NCBI RefSeq assembly: GCF_009914755.1
Contig: NC_060927.1
DNA length: 64,000 bases
Direction: 5' to 3' (one strand)
Origin: the human T2T-CHM13v2.0 reference genome, Homo sapiens
Below the pieces are notes generated by a model, which saw nothing but the letters and a program-made list of their open reading frames with translations, had not been told where the DNA came from and searched no databases. This document shows, piece by piece, positions 1 to 15,570 of this stretch. Both the position numbers and the translations under genes were made by a program. Every line of letters starts with the position of its first letter. Within the stretch, counting starts at the first letter, position 1.

Positions 1-700
1 TTTAAAACATAACAGCTTTATTGATATAAAATTCATGTATCATAAATCTACCCTTTAAAAATATATAATGCTATGGTTTTTAGTTTATTCGCAAAGTTGT
101 GCAACCATCACCACTATCACCCCAAAAAGAAACTCCATACCCATGACCACTCATTCTTTATTCTTTCCTCCCCTCAGCCCTAGGCAATCACTAATCTACT
201 GTCTGTCTGCATAGATTTGCCTATTCTGGACATTTCATATAAATAGGTTCATACAATATGTGGCCTTTTGTGTCTGGCTTTCATTTAGCATGTTTCCAAA
301 GTTCATCCATATTGTAGCATGTATCAGTTCTTTTTTCCTTTTTTATTGGTGAATAACAGTCCATTATATAGATATACCACATATTGTTTGTCCTTTCATC
401 AGTTGTTGGGCATTTGGGCTGTTTCTACTTCTTGGCTTTTATCAGTAATATTGTGATGAACATCTGTGTGCAAGTCTTCATATGTACATTTGTGTTTTAT
501 TATCTTGAGTATATACCTAAGAGTGGAATTGCTGGGTAATATGGTAACTCTGTGTTTAACTTTTTGAAAAACTGCCAAGCTATTTTCCAAAGTAGCCGTA
601 CCATTTTACATTCCCACCAGCAATATATGAGCTTTTCAGTTTCTCTATATCCTCACCAATACTTGTTATTGTTCATCTTTTTTTGTCATAGCCATCCTAG
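1..700 (-). mobile_element. Old L1 (L1M) 3' end fragment
   Basis: Typical antisense L1 3' motifs (gagtggaattgctggg, ccattttacattcccaccagcaat, atagccatcctag). Confidence 0.8.
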
Positions 701-1431
701 TAGATTAGTTCTGTAATATTTGGCAAAGTGAATTGCAAAGGAGTAAGACATCAGTGGCAAAGAGACTAGTTGGTAGGCTTTGCTGTGGTCTAGACCAACA
801 ACTTTATAAAACTTTGAAAATAAGACCCTCACTAAGAGAGATACATTCTATCATTACCTGGTATTTAAAGATATATATTCATAAATATTATAACTGAAAC
901 ATTTTCATATTATATAGAATATACTCTCATTTTCTATCCTATTTATTCATCTTTTTAAAATACAATCCACTAAATTTATTTCATGACCCACATAGATTAC
1001 AACACATAGTTTGAGGTACACTGTGCTATACAGAGATATCGAGACTCTAAATTCAGGCAGTGATGGTGGTAATGGAAAGGAAAACACAGATTTCCTGGAT
1101 GGAAAATACATTAGTAGTAGAATGAGCACTCAGTTAAGGCAGAGACTTTATTTTGTTTATCCTATATGAATGAATGAATAAATTAACATTATTTGGGTGT
1201 GTGAAATGGAGGAAAACTGACTACATTTAGGGAATTAGAAAACCAGAAAGTAATGGTAGAAATGATGGTGAGTGAGTTTCACGAAGGAATAAAAAGTTAC
1301 CATTAGAAAAAAAAGGCTTCAGAAAGCTTGAGGTGGAGAACTAAATAGTTCAAACAAAAAATCTGGCTCTAGCAGACAATAAAAGATTTTCAAGAAAGCA
1401 GTTTCATTAGAAGGGGTGGAATTCACTTTAT

Positions 1432-1597
<166 letters not shown>

Positions 1598-3349
1598 TAG
1601 GTGGTTGAGGAAGCTGCTGGGTAATTTAAGTCAGTATTCATATACCACTCTTGTGAATCATTTATATATTTATTTTTCTTTTTGAAAGGAGGAAAGGATA
1701 ACTCTACTGGTAGTTAAGGTACAAGAAGATTCCCCCTTCCCCCTTTAAAGGAATAGAAGGCAAGAAAAAGAATATTTAAGCCCCTTTTCATCTTTGGATT
1801 TTGTGTTTTTTTGATAGTCTTTTGCTAGAAAACCCTTTGTAGTACTCCCCTTTTCAGATTAAAGCTCAAAACCCTTAGCTTAACATTTAAGACCTTCCAC
1901 AATTTGACCCTAACTCTTTACATTGTCACTCTCTCATGTGATTTTTCTTTCCTTCACCTTCCCTATCAGTTAGTCACCAAATCCTATTGTTTGTACCTCT
2001 CTATTATTATCTCGACTCTTCCCTTTTCATTCATACTGTCACTAACTTTTTTAACCTTTTCTTTTGAAATAGCTTAAAACTTACAGAAGAATTGCAAAAG
2101 TAGTACAGAGTTTCCTTATGCTATCCACCCAACTTGCGCTAATATTAATATAACTGTAGTACAGTAATCAGAACTGATAAATTAGCTGTTTATCATTTCT
2201 CCATCATCTCTCACTCACATGGTGGCAACAGCTTAAACAGAAGCTTTGTCTCCAGTCTTGTCTTCTTCATTGATTTTCTATGTGGTATCCAAGGGTAATT
2301 TATGAAAATGTATAATATAGTTAAACCTTTGATATCTTTCCGTTGCTGTTAGGATGAAGCCTGATTTTTAAATATACTTTCAAAGTCCTTTATGATCTAG
2401 TCCCAGGTAATTAAACAATCAACAATCTTAAAAACCTACTTACCTTTCCTGTTGCAGTGTTAATGCAGGAAACTTCCAAGCCTTCCATGTTATGACTCCT
2501 ATTTTTTAATGTGCCTCTCCAATGAAATCATGTAGTGTCTAGTACTTCCCCTGTCAAGCTGTTTATTATTCTGTATTGTAAAGTAGTATTTGTCTAACTT
2601 CTTTACCAAACTGTAAGTTTCATGAGGACTCCCCATGTTGATCGAGTACCTAGCACTATACCTGGCACGTAGTAGGGATTATAGTAGGTGCTTAGTATTG
2701 TTAATATGTGTTGAAAACATGAACTTCTTATCCTAGACAGATTTACTCATTGGATGTCTTAGGTATGTCATCATTTATGAAAATCATATGTACCTATCAT
2801 CTTGTACTGTTATTTCTCCCTATCCTATAGAATTAAACATGGTTCCCACCTATTCTGTAAAGGCTTTTTTTGATCACACTTGCCTACCTTAATTGTTCTT
2901 TCCTATAGATTCTTATAACATTTATCTTTTTTTCCTTCATGCTGTTTCTCAGCAGAATCATCTTGCAACATTAACATCTTTACTACTCATTTGGTACCTA
3001 TATGCTCTCTTATCTGTTTCCTCTTATGTGTACTTACCTTTCCTTGAAATTCTGTATAACTATGTTAGTAGCAAGGTGCTTACTTTAGTTCTTTCTTCCT
3101 TTTCTTTCATATTTACTTAGCTTTTAGTACAGAAGACCGTGCTGGTGACTTTGGGGTTGCAAGATATGTATGGCAAGATCCTTGCCATAAAGGAAGTTGC
3201 ATTCAAGTAAAGATGATGAGAAATTGAAAGTTAGCATTTATTGAGTACTCCTTATCAGTCAGGGATTATGGACGACTTTCACACAGTTGATCTTATTGAA
3301 CAAATCCCAAGGGCATAGGGCAGGTACATTAATAGGTGAAAAGCCTTAT

Positions 3350-3860
3350 AAAGTGCTGTAGTATTTCATTCATTCAACAAATATTTATTGAAGGTGTACT
3401 CTGTGCCAGGCACAATGATATGTGCTAAGAACAGTTTTAGTTCTCACTGAGCTTACAGTTTTGTGGGGGATGTCAAAAGAAATAGGCAATTATAGTATAG
3501 TCAGATAAGTTCCACAGTGATTGAGAATCTACTTTTGAGTACTTGCCTTCATGGAGCTCTCAGCCTAGAAGGGAGAGACAGACAGATAAGCACACAATGT
3601 ACTATCCAGTATTTTATGTACCATGATGGGAGGAGACATACAGGGTGCTTGGAAGCTAAGAGAAGGAGCATCTAACTAAACCTGGGAAGCTGGGAGGAAA
3701 TTTTGTCTAGACTGAGATCAGAAGGAAGAATTGGAGTTAGCTAAGCAGAGATGATAGGGGAAGTGTATTTGAGGCTGAGGCACAATAGGGTTAAATGTCC
3801 AGAGTTAAAAGAAGGTAAACAGGGCCCTGATCACACATGGCTTTATAAGGCATTTTGTCA
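3350..3860 (-). mobile_element. L2 3' fragment
   Basis: cattcattcaacaaatatttattga...tgtgccaggcac L2 tail motif; boundaries approximate. Confidence 0.65.
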
Positions 3861-4423
3861 TACCAAATCTAGTTTAAAATCATAAGCTGAGATAGAGTAA
3901 GCTTAGATTTTTGGCTCAGATTTCTACTCTGGATTTAGTTTTTGACGTTGTCCTGTTTCAGTTTGTTTCTCTTTAGTGTGAGAATTATTTCACAAAAATG
4001 GAATGAAGTAATATTTTGCAAAGAAAAAAAAATCCCTACACAAACTATAAAAAAACCCTGTTTATTAGTTAATATCTTTTATAGCTATAAAACCAGATTT
4101 CCCAAGATGGTTCTTCAAGGGCACCTTGAAGCAAAAATATATGTCCCAAAGGAGGCCTCCTGGAGTGTTGTGCCAGGGTGTGTTAAATAGTGTGCTTCTA
4201 GTTTGAAAGATTACTAGTGTAATGAGTGAAGGAAATTGAGTCAGAATGGACTGAGGGAGACAAAGTGGTTTTATTGGTTTAACCCTTCTTGAAGAAATCA
4301 GAGCCATGGAGATCCCAGAAAGGTGTGACACAGTCTTGAGATTTCAAAATCTGGATTTGCTAACTCACAACATTTGTTTTAGGCTTGCATATAATGAATT
4401 ATTATGTTTTCTCTTCTTTGTAG

Positions 4424-4537
<114 letters not shown>

Positions 4538-4750
4538 TAGAGTACAAGGAAATGCTATAAGTACCATGGTTTGAAAAGTTAGTAAAAGTTTCCTTCTTTT
4601 CTATCCTGATTTCGTTTTCATGGACATTTGCATTTGAGGAGATACTGAAAATATAGTATTTGCTGAAGATGCTAATCTATGAGCCAAGACAGTTTTCACA
4701 CATTGCATTTGATTCATTTTGTTGTCATGCTGCTTAAATCTCTCTTAATT

Positions 4751-5058
4751 CTTTTTAGAGACTGTCTGGCTCTGTCACCCAGGCTGGAGTGCAGTGGTGC
4801 AATCATAGCTCACTGCAGCCTCAAAACTCCTGGGTTCAAGTGATCCTCCCATCTCAGCCTCCCAAGTAGCTGAGACTACAGGCATGTACCACCATGCTCA
4901 GTTACTTTTATCATTTAATTTAATATAATTTTTTTTTTTTGGAGATGGGGTCTCACTATGTTGCCCAGGTTCATGTCTTAACTCCTGTCTTCAAGCGATC
5001 CTTCCTACTTGGCCTCCCAAAGTGCTGGGATTACAGGTGTGAGCCATTGTGCCTGGTC
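4751..5058 (-). mobile_element. AluJ
   Basis: Full dimer; TSD TAAATCTCTCTTAATT on both sides. Confidence 0.9.
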
Positions 5059-7959
5059 TAAATCTCTCTTAATTTAGGATGCTTCCTTCTTGCTTCCTCC
5101 CTTCCATGATGTAAACTTACTGAAGAGTCTAGTCCAGTTATCTTGTAGAATATGCCATATTCTGGATTTATCTAAGTATTTCTTCTTGGTGGTATTTAAC
5201 TTGATCTGTAGTCCTCTATTTCTTGTATATTGAAAATTAGATCTAAAGGCTTGATTAAATTCAGGTTAAATATTTTGTAGGAGGATACTTCTTGGTGATG
5301 CTGTGTATTTCATATTGTATTACATCAGGAAATATTTGCTATCTGGTTGAATCTTTAATAGTGATGTTAGTTTTGTTTGCTTAAGATTAGGACAGCCAGG
5401 GCTCTCCATGGAAAAGGTAACATTTCCCCCTTTGTAGCTAGCAAGTAATCTTACTTTGTAAGTATCCAGTTCTCCATAAGTCTTTTATCTTAATGATTTT
5501 CACATTCGTTGTTTGAATCCTTGTTTGAGTCAGTTATTTCATCAGGGGTTGTAAAACGGTGATTTTTCTTACGGCATCATTTCTTTTATATTTATAAACT
5601 GACATCCTTCTATGAAGAACTTTTCGTTATCAACTGGGACGCTGATTAATCTGTACTCTAGTTCCTACTGAAAAGGCAAGATAAATAATGGAGTCTTTTT
5701 TAAGGATCAAGTTTTAGTGTAAAATGTTGGTTTAGTAATCATCTCCAGTGGTAGCAACTGAGAGGGTTTAAAAATTTTCCTTTTTCCAGTTGGGTAGGGC
5801 CTTCACTTTTTCAAGTATTATTATAGACCCAAGGATTTTTATGTATTCAGTGTCTTTCCATCAGTTATACTCTATTCTTTTTGATATGCAGGTTGTCCAA
5901 AATTTGTCAGGGGGAGCCCTTTTAAAGTCACTCTTGTGTCCTCTTGACGTGAACCCATCAGTCTTTCATTACATCCTTAACTTTATAATTCAAGATTCCC
6001 GAGGGTTATATTTGTATTCATTTTCCCAGACCCTGAATCAGCCAATACTCTAATGAGCTTTGGTATTTTTTCCTCGGGAATGGTACTTAGAAAGCATAAC
6101 TTGGATGCTTGGAGTGCTCATTACTACTTCATTGCTTCCAGAGCTTGGAAATATATTAAAAATAAAATTATAATTTGACATCAATACAAGTTTCCAATAC
6201 AAGTTTAATATCATGGACTTTTTAAGCTTGAATCTCTTTTCCTTTACACACAAAATCTTGGTACGCAATATTAACATAATTACTTAAGTGCTTTATCTTG
6301 CAGTATATATACAAGTATTTCTACTTTATTCTTAGAATAAAATATAAATATTGCTGATTGCAAACTGTGAAACCTTGGCATGTATAGATCGAACATTTTG
6401 TTTTGGTTACCCAAAAGCTCATGCCATTTGGTAAATTAGTCATTTTGCCAAGGCATGGATTTGAATCACATGGCAAGACTTTGTAGGACTAGTTAGTGAT
6501 GGAGCCACACTGGCCTTCCTATCACTGTGCTGGTTGGTTTTTGCTTGCATGTGTATTTTGTGGGGGAGTATGATTTTTCATCTTAGAATGTAGAGTTACA
6601 GAAAAGATAATCCACATTTGTTTAGTTTGCAGTTTTATTGCTGTATCTCACTGAACACCATACTTCCCCAGAGAGACTATAAACAACATAAGGCTTTAGA
6701 ATTAAATTTCAGTTTTTCTACTTAGCAATTGTATGTCATTGGGAAAACTCTTTCAGCTCTTTGAAACTTTTTACTTGTCTGTTAAATGTGGGGTTACCTT
6801 TCTGCATTTCAGGGTATTGATGAGGAGTAAATGAGATGATACATGTAAATCATCCACCACTGTGCTGACATTTAATAGGTGCACAAGAAATTTTAGTCAT
6901 TAATAGTAATAAGCCCTTGTTATTTGATGCTTTTCAGTGTAGCCAGAATCACCTTTTTGTTTCAATCCCATTAGTGACACACTGGAGAAACTGGATTGCT
7001 TTGTTAAAGGCCCTGTTCATATGATGGTTGGAAGCTTTGCTAACACCAACCACCTTTCAAGATGGTGGTCAAGCATGGTTCTTTCAGTATGGAGAGATAT
7101 GGGAGTATTAGGTAATACTGTATCTTTCGTTATTGATCACCTATAGCATAATTTTCTTTATTTGTAATTTACGAGAATATGTAATACAACATTTTTAATG
7201 TTTTGCAAAAAAGTCCTCTGATGAATGGGAATAAATTGTCTGCTTAATTCTCTCGTCCATATCTGTATGCCAGCCTATGCTTTCTGCTACTCCTAAGCAG
7301 AACGACTTTTTTTTTTTTTTTTTTAAGAATTCCTGTTCCTCTCTCAGTGAGTATATGTCTTGATCATAGAAGGGGCAGGACATGTAGATGGATGGAATGT
7401 CTTTTAAATGTAGCTCTTTGTCCCTCTTGGTCTTAAGTTTTCTGGGACATTACCCAATTTTTCTAGCCTAGCACTCAGCAGATTTCCTGGAGGATAATTT
7501 TCAAATATGTTCCAGTTAGTCATAACTCTTTTTATAAGTGCCTATATTTTTATGAGTCAACATGATCATTACATCTAAACCTTTTAAATATTAAAAATTT
7601 TGCATTTTTTTAGGAAAATGAAATCTTTTGTTGTTATAAAATGAATAAACATTTAAACTGAGATGAAACGTTAGGCAACATTTAGAAAACAAAAGTTAGA
7701 ACTAAGCACAGCTTAAATTTTTTTTTTAAACAGGAGGAAGATGTGTCAGGATTATAGCTTAATTAAAATGCCATTCATCAAATACTTATTGATCTCCAGT
7801 ACATTGGTGAATAAAGCTATCAGATTCTTGCTCTTGTGGGCTATGGGAACAAATTCCAGGAGAACTTAACCTTATTGAGGGAGAACAGTTGCAGTGAGAT
7901 TAACTAAAACTTGCCTCTGGAGGTGAAGTCCAACTGAGATCTAAAGAATAAGTAATAAT

Positions 7960-8255
7960 TGGCTGGGTGAGGTGGCTCATGCCTGCTGTCCCAGTGCTTT
8001 GGGAGGCTGAGGCGGAAGGATTGCTTTAGGCCAGGAGTTCAACAGCCCAGCCTGGGCAACATGGCAAGACCCTGTCTCTACCAAAAATAAAACAATTAGC
8101 TAAGCTCGTACATGTAGCCCTGGCTACTTGGGAGGCTGGAGGATAGCTTGAGGCCAGGAGTTTAAGGTTACGGCAAGCCATGATCTTGCCACTACAGTCT
8201 AGCCTGGGTGACAGAGTGAGACTCTGTCTCTAAAAAAAAATTAAAAATTAAAAAG
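7960..8255 (+). mobile_element. AluJ
   Basis: Diverged dimer with A tail, TSD-like AAGAATAA..TAATT. Confidence 0.85.
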
Positions 8256-11200
8256 AATAATAATTAGCCAGGTGAAATGGAGGCTGGAGTTAGTACTGGG
8301 GAAAGATGGGAGATGTGATCCAGCTAGAGAGAATACTGTGGAAACGGGGATGGAGACAGGATGGAGTGTGTATGTCTTGAGAACTGACAGATTCACAGCT
8401 GGAGCAGAGAGAATGAGAGAAGAGGACTATTGGTAGAGGCTTACTGATAAGCAAAGACTCCCAAAATTAAAAAATATAAATAACCAGAGTTAACAGAAAT
8501 ATGTATAGGGTACCTTCTTTCATATCACCTTTTTAGTCAGAATATTGAAAACAAAAGCACAGTTTTGATTTAGGAACGTTGTACTGTTGTAGAATTTAAT
8601 AAGGTAATTAAATCATAAAATGAATAGTGAGTGTCACTCTTACCCCACCAACCAGGTGTACATCCTGGTTAAAATAAGTTTAATTGTGTCAATATTATAA
8701 TCATTTAATGATGCTTCATTATAACTGTAATATTCCTATCTTTGCTAGTTAAAACTGTCATGTTGAATGTTGGGATTTATTACTGCAGGAAGTTAAGCTT
8801 TAGAAGTTAGAAGCACTTTTGGTATAAATAGCTATTTCCAGTTTATTAGCACTAAACTGCAAATGTAAGCTTTTTAGAAATCAAAGTAATTAAGAAAACT
8901 TCTGAGAGGAAAAAAAAGGTACCTGTAGTACTTAAAGGGAGTAAGTGTAGAAATGTAGAAATCTAATGTAAATTCACTGTCTTAGATGGTTGTTTAAGGA
9001 TGCCCTCAACTTTGTCTTTTTCTAAGAGATAAAATGCATGGGGACTTCCTTGATCTAAAGGAGGATCCAGGTAAAATGTCTGATACTAATAGTGACCAGC
9101 TTTGGATGTTCAAGCAACAATGCAGGGTTTTAAAATTTCTGTAACATCTTTTGGTCTAAAATGGAATACTCAGACCAAGCAAATTTTGGCCTCTTTGAAA
9201 CCTTCTGAGGCTTAGGAAGACATAAGCAATAACTGTAGTAGCTAAAGATTTATTAAAACTTCCTAGTAGAGATACCAGTAACTAAGTTGAATGAATTGAT
9301 TTTATATTTAAAGAGTATCTTTTCATACTAGTAAGGTGAGGAAATTAACTTGTTGATGGGGTCATTACTTTGATTGAGTTATAATTTTCAGACTTATCAA
9401 GTGTCTGAAGCCAGCAGCTGCTTCACTACTTTGTCAATATTATTTTGATATTCTGTAATGATTTTATTGTACAATTAAAGTTTTGCATTGCTTTTTAAAT
9501 GTTCCATGCCACAGGCTATGAAGCCTGACAGGGGATTATTTTTTGGGAATAGATGATCTACATTTAAACTTTTTGCTTTGTTACAAAATTTGTACCAAAT
9601 ACCCTGTTTCCCATTATTTGATTTATTTACTTTTATTCTGAAAAATGTTTGGATTTTAACGGACAGCTTTCATCAAAATAAGTTGTTAAATGCCTTTTAA
9701 AATCCAGCTTCTTGGGCCCTACCTCAGTTCTCTTGAATGACTGTCTTATAGGGCCTGGGAATATGCATTTTTACTAGCTTGCCAAGTAATTCCTTCACAC
9801 ATTAAAGTTTGAGAACAGATTATCCCTATATACTATTTCTTACAAGTTGTGCGTGAGGACAAAATACTACATACGCGGTTATAACTTTCCCTCATTATTC
9901 CTACTTTAGGTATTAATTGGGTTATTCAGTGATAATCTACTTCTTCCTTTTGCTTAGCATATTTTCTCTTCACCTTTCTCTTAGCTGACCTGCATTCTTT
10001 ATAATTTTGATATTTGAGGATGGAGGATTATAAACACCGTCATCGAGTTAGAGGCTACAAGAGGCTTAGAAAACCAAATGGATAAGAAGCGGGGGAGCTT
10101 ACAGGACCAGTATCTCTCAGTTAAGGATGAAGGTCTTAGTGACGATTAGTGTCTTAGTGACGATTCCTCCACCCATAAGAATTATCTTGTTGGGAGGAGT
10201 TTGAAACTGAAGATAAATTGTTATGCCAAAGAAGAAGGGTTTCTTCTATAAACTTTGTTCAAAATGTCTGTTCTGGACATAGACTAGAGATGTGCATTGC
10301 TTTAATCTTCCCATTGATCATTGGATGATGTGAAATCAATACAAATCTAAAAGTTTGAAAAGGAGTTCCTGCTTCAAACTCTTTGCAGACTTAGTCACTT
10401 TTTATGTGCCCCAAGATATTTGATGCTGCATTTGTTTCATCTACCAGACTAGAAGTTCCCTTAAAGTTAGCAATCATGTCATGTATATCTTGCCATATTT
10501 GGTGGCACCCAGTCTTAGATCTCACATGTAATGTAATAGGGCTTAATTGTTAAGTGAATAAGTTGTGTTAATTTTTCATTTCCAGTAGGAATTGGTTTTC
10601 CTTTGCATTCCCTATTTTAGGTATTATGTTATAAACAGTGTTTACGATAATTTTAGGTATTACATTGTAAACAGTGTTTATGATCATTGTTAATATAATT
10701 GTTTTCTTACTAAGCAGTACTTATGTGGCCTGGATTTCCTGAACGGTGAAACATGTGGCCCTTTGGTATAATCACTTTGCTTTGGGGATTAATGTGTGGT
10801 TGATTAAGCAGAACAAACTTCTTCCTTAGGTCTCTCCCCTTCTGGATCACAAGCTTATGAATTCCAGCAATGGAGAGGGGAAAGAACCAGTGTAATAATG
10901 TGTTAGGAAAACCTGTCTGGAAGCTATCTGGAGAGTGAGTCTCTTTGGTTCACTCTTCAGAGAATAAACTGCCTATCTCCTATTGGAGGTGAAGAGTTAG
11001 TAGGCAAGCCTCCGGGGAGGAATAGGAATCTGAGAATCTTACTCTGTCTTATCTGAACTTTCAACCAGTTTTTCTGTTTTCAACCCTTTCCTTCACTTCT
11101 TCCTCACTTGGTGTGGGGAAGTATGGTACTTGGTGTGTGTAGTTCTGAGACTTTCTGGAGCTCTGGGTAGGGATCACGTTGTCCTAAATGGCATAGCTCC

Positions 11201-12414
11201 TCTGCAAGCACTGAAGTTCAGATTTCTCCACTGTGCTTAGTTACTTTTTCTTTTTCTGCTATCTTCCAGAATATTGTTGCCATCTCTCTTCTGTTATCTT
11301 TCCTGTTCTCTTTTTAAATTATGGGTTTATGCCTTTTTAATCAAGTTTACCAAGTTAGTGGATTTTAAGTAGGAGCTAAAATAAACTTGCGTTCAGTCCT
11401 TCATGTTTTTGAGAATTCCATCTTCTTTCTATGTATTTGGAAGTATATTTTTTCTTGTTAAAGTGTGTGAAGTAAAAGTACCCAGTAGGGCAAGTTTTTA
11501 AGATAACTATGTAAGCAGTTGTTTTGATTTTAGTCTTGATCATTGAGGTGTTGTACAAAGAAATGGGTATTGAATCTTTTCTTTGCAGTCTATGTAATGT
11601 TCTAGACTTCTTGGCACAGTTGCTAATATTGTTTTGTTTTGGTTCTGTGATTGTTATGGGCCATTATGTGGCCAGAAATCTTACAAATTTCCACCAAACT
11701 TTTTACTGATTATAATCTTCAGTTTTGGTAGTCAGCACTGTGCTTTTAATTACTATATAGGTGTCTTTTCCTCCTCTGCCTTCAACCTTTAGTAGGAGCA
11801 TTATTTCTTATCCTGGGAAGTTTAGGATTGATAATACAGCTGGACTGTTACTTAAAAAGAACTGTTATTTTTATTCTTTTTGTATTTGTCTTTGCCTTAG
11901 CTCTTTTATTTCTATAATTTATTAACCTGAAAAATAATTTTAGTCCTAAGTTAGTTTGTGTATGTATGTGATCCTTACCCTCCAAGTATTTCGCTCCTGA
12001 TTTGATTGGCATTTCAATTGTATTTTTATATCTTTAGTCATACAGCAGTGCATATTCTAATCTGATCTTAAAAGCCTATATTGGTTTGTGGTATCTTATA
12101 ATAGTACTGACGAGCCTGGTTTACCTAGGGATTATTTAGGGGCAGTTAAATATCCTCTACTACCTCACTAGACATCCAAAGGAGATGCTGGCATAACATA
12201 CTATTTGAATATCAGCCAGCTACTTTTTGTTTTAGATTGGAATTGAAAATAAGTTATTAATTTTAAACTTCTGTATTTCCTCATATTTGCTGTTTTTTTC
12301 ATTTCTGCACAGTTAAGTTTATGAGAAGGTTCACATGTGTTTTGATTCTAAAATGGATCTGAATTATATTGAATGATTTAGAGATTTTTAGAAAATTATG
12401 TCTTCTGTTTTCAG

Positions 12415-12556
12415 GTTCTGTTCTGGATATTATTAAGCACATTGTGGCAAAAGGGGAACACAAAAGTGGAGTCCTAGATGAATCTACCATTGCTACGATA
12501 CTCCGAGAAGTACTGGAAGGGCTGGAATATCTGCATAAAAATGGACAGATCCACAG
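12415..12556 (+). CDS. OXSR1: OXSR1 exon 4 (142 nt): (G)[46 protein letters not shown](R)
   Basis: ttttcag acceptor, AG|gtatgt donor; inside ORF 12369..12635; phase 1 to 2. Confidence 0.97.
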
Positions 12557-12959
12557 GTATGTAAAAGACAATACTCTTGTGTTACATCATCTCATTAAGG
12601 CCATTCCCACTCTTTTACAGAATCGTGATCTCTGACTGTTATCATAGCTCTTTGTATCACTAGTTTTAGTACACTGTGGTTAGAGTCTTAATTATACAGC
12701 TAGTAAACATTAAACAAGTACTGTAGTAAAACCAGACAATATAAAAACAGGAAAAATTCATAATTTCGTACCAAGAGGCAACTACTTGATAACATTTTGG
12801 AATATCGCTTTCCATTTTCTTTTATATGGTTAAAAAATATCTAAAACAATACTGTATATGTAATTTTGTCTGTTGCTTTTTAAATTTTACATTATATTTT
12901 CAGTATTTCCCTAAATTATTAAAAGCTTTTTATAAAATAACATTTTTAAAATTATAGCC

Positions 12960-13222
12960 TTTTTTCTTTTTTTTTTTTTGAAACAGGGTCTCTCTTAGTC
13001 ACCCAGGCTGGAGTAGCATGATCATAACTCACTGCAACCTCGAACTCCTGGGCTCAAGTGATCCTCCCACCTCAGCCTCCTCAGGCTAATTTTTAATTTT
13101 CATAAAGATGGGGTCTTGCTATGTTGCCCAGGCTGTCCTTGAACTCCTGGCCTCAAAGCGATCTTCCTGCCATGGCCTTCTAAAGTGCTGGGATTACAGG
13201 CATAAGCCACTGTGCCCAGCCC
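12960..13222 (-). mobile_element. AluJ with internal deletion
   Basis: Poly-T then Alu arms; part of the right arm missing near 13080. Confidence 0.85.
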
Positions 13223-14774
13223 TTTTTTTCTTTTTTAATAAATAAGAGCATTTTAATATTTCATGATCCTATCTAAATAATCTATCTTAGTAGTTAAGTG
13301 CCCTGTTTAGGTTTTGTGTATAGGTCCTGGCGTACTATTGTGAGCTATGGTTCCAATGATAATTTGATTTTTAGAGCCCTTGCAGTGCTTTTCTAGTCTG
13401 ATTTTTTTTCTCCTGGCACTGTGGGGACTCCCATTCAATCCTTGATCATGCCATCTATGGGAGTGGAGTGGATTTCCTTGGGCCGGTTGCTGCCAAGTGG
13501 AGAATACGTGGTAGATGCTGGACTCAGGACTCACGGGTCTGTGAGCACTCTCCTAGTCCCATCATGTGGACTCCCACCTGGTGCCAGTGGGGCTTCCATT
13601 CAGTCCCTGTTGATATTGCCTGTGGGGATGGAAGGCTCTTCCCTTGGGCCCCTCTTTGCTCCTGGGTGGGGAGTGGGGAAACACTGGACCTGCATAGTCC
13701 TTTGCTGCTGGGTGGAGGGCTAAGAGATGCCAGCTGTGCTGACTGGTGCTGCTGGTGTGGGTGATGTGGGCCTACCGGCTGTACTGCATATGGGGGAGGG
13801 GATGAAGTCCCCCTGTCTGCTCTTTATTGGCACTGCTCGTTAGGCATGGTGGGCTCTCCTGCAACTCCAAGTATGGAGTCAGGGATGGGACCACCTATTA
13901 GATTTCTGCTGGGCTGCCCCTTTTCTGCTTCTTTAGGCAGAGAGAGAGAGAGAGCAGGCTTGGGGCTCTTTTTGATATATGTCTGTCAGTTGTTCTGGGT
14001 TTCAGGGCTGTGTAATGCCCAGTCTGAGTTATAGCAGATTAAAGGAAAGCTCAGGAAACTTTTTTTTAAACCTTTCCTATGATGTTGAAAAACTCAGGAA
14101 ACATAATGCCATGTTGTCCTTCAAGTTCTGAGGCCCCTAGCCACTCTGCTTTCCTCTTTTCTCCTTTCAGAGTTCTTTTATGATTGTCTGTTGGATTATT
14201 TCTGGGAATTTTAGATACATTTAAAGGGGAGGAACAGGGAATATTTAAAGGGGAGGAACAGGGAAGCGTAAACCTACACCATTTGGTTTGGGACCAGAAC
14301 TAGTCCCTGGATTTGGAATGGAGACAATTTTATTTAAATCTATTTTGTTCCTGAGTTCAGATTCTGAGTGTGTAGTGTGACATGTTGTTATGTGATACAT
14401 GGAACCATTCTCCAAATATTTTATGTTTATATTGCTTTTAACATTGTGATGAACACTTTTCTCTGTGATTTTTATAATTTTAAAAAATCTAGGTTTCCAT
14501 AAAACACATTTTGAAGAATCTTAAAAGATATTGCCAAATTGCTTTTCAGAAATGTAGTGATTTATGCGTCTATTAGCAGTACATAAGAATGGTAGATTCA
14601 TTGGTCCCATGCTAGCCTTGCCTATTAAAATTTTTAATTTACATGTTTCGATACATGAAGAATAGTATCGATTTTGACATCTTGGATTATTAGTGAGGTT
14701 GGACACAGATTTATATGAAGCCATTGGTATTTCCTGTTGTGACGCATCTGCTTGTGATTTTTGCCTATTTTTCT

Positions 14775-14898
14775 TTTATTTTGAAATGGGGTCGTGCTGT
14801 GTCGCCCAGGCTGGTCTTGAGCTCCTGGGCTCAAGCATTCCTCCCACCTCAATCTCACAAGTAGCAGGGATTACAGGCATGTGCTGCTGAGCCCAGCT
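14775..14898 (-). mobile_element. Alu monomer (FLAM)
   Basis: Left-arm sequence flanked by TTTTGCCTATTTTT. Confidence 0.8.
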
Positions 14899-14971
14899 CA
14901 ACTTTTGCCTATTTTTCTGCTGGTATCTTCCTGCCTTTTTTTATCCTGAGCTTTTTATATATTAAAAATTA

Positions 14972-15570
<599 letters not shown>

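Noticed and set aside
13307-14034. Overlapping ORFs and G-rich stretch
   Set aside because: Old L1 5' region; no recognisable protein or exon chain
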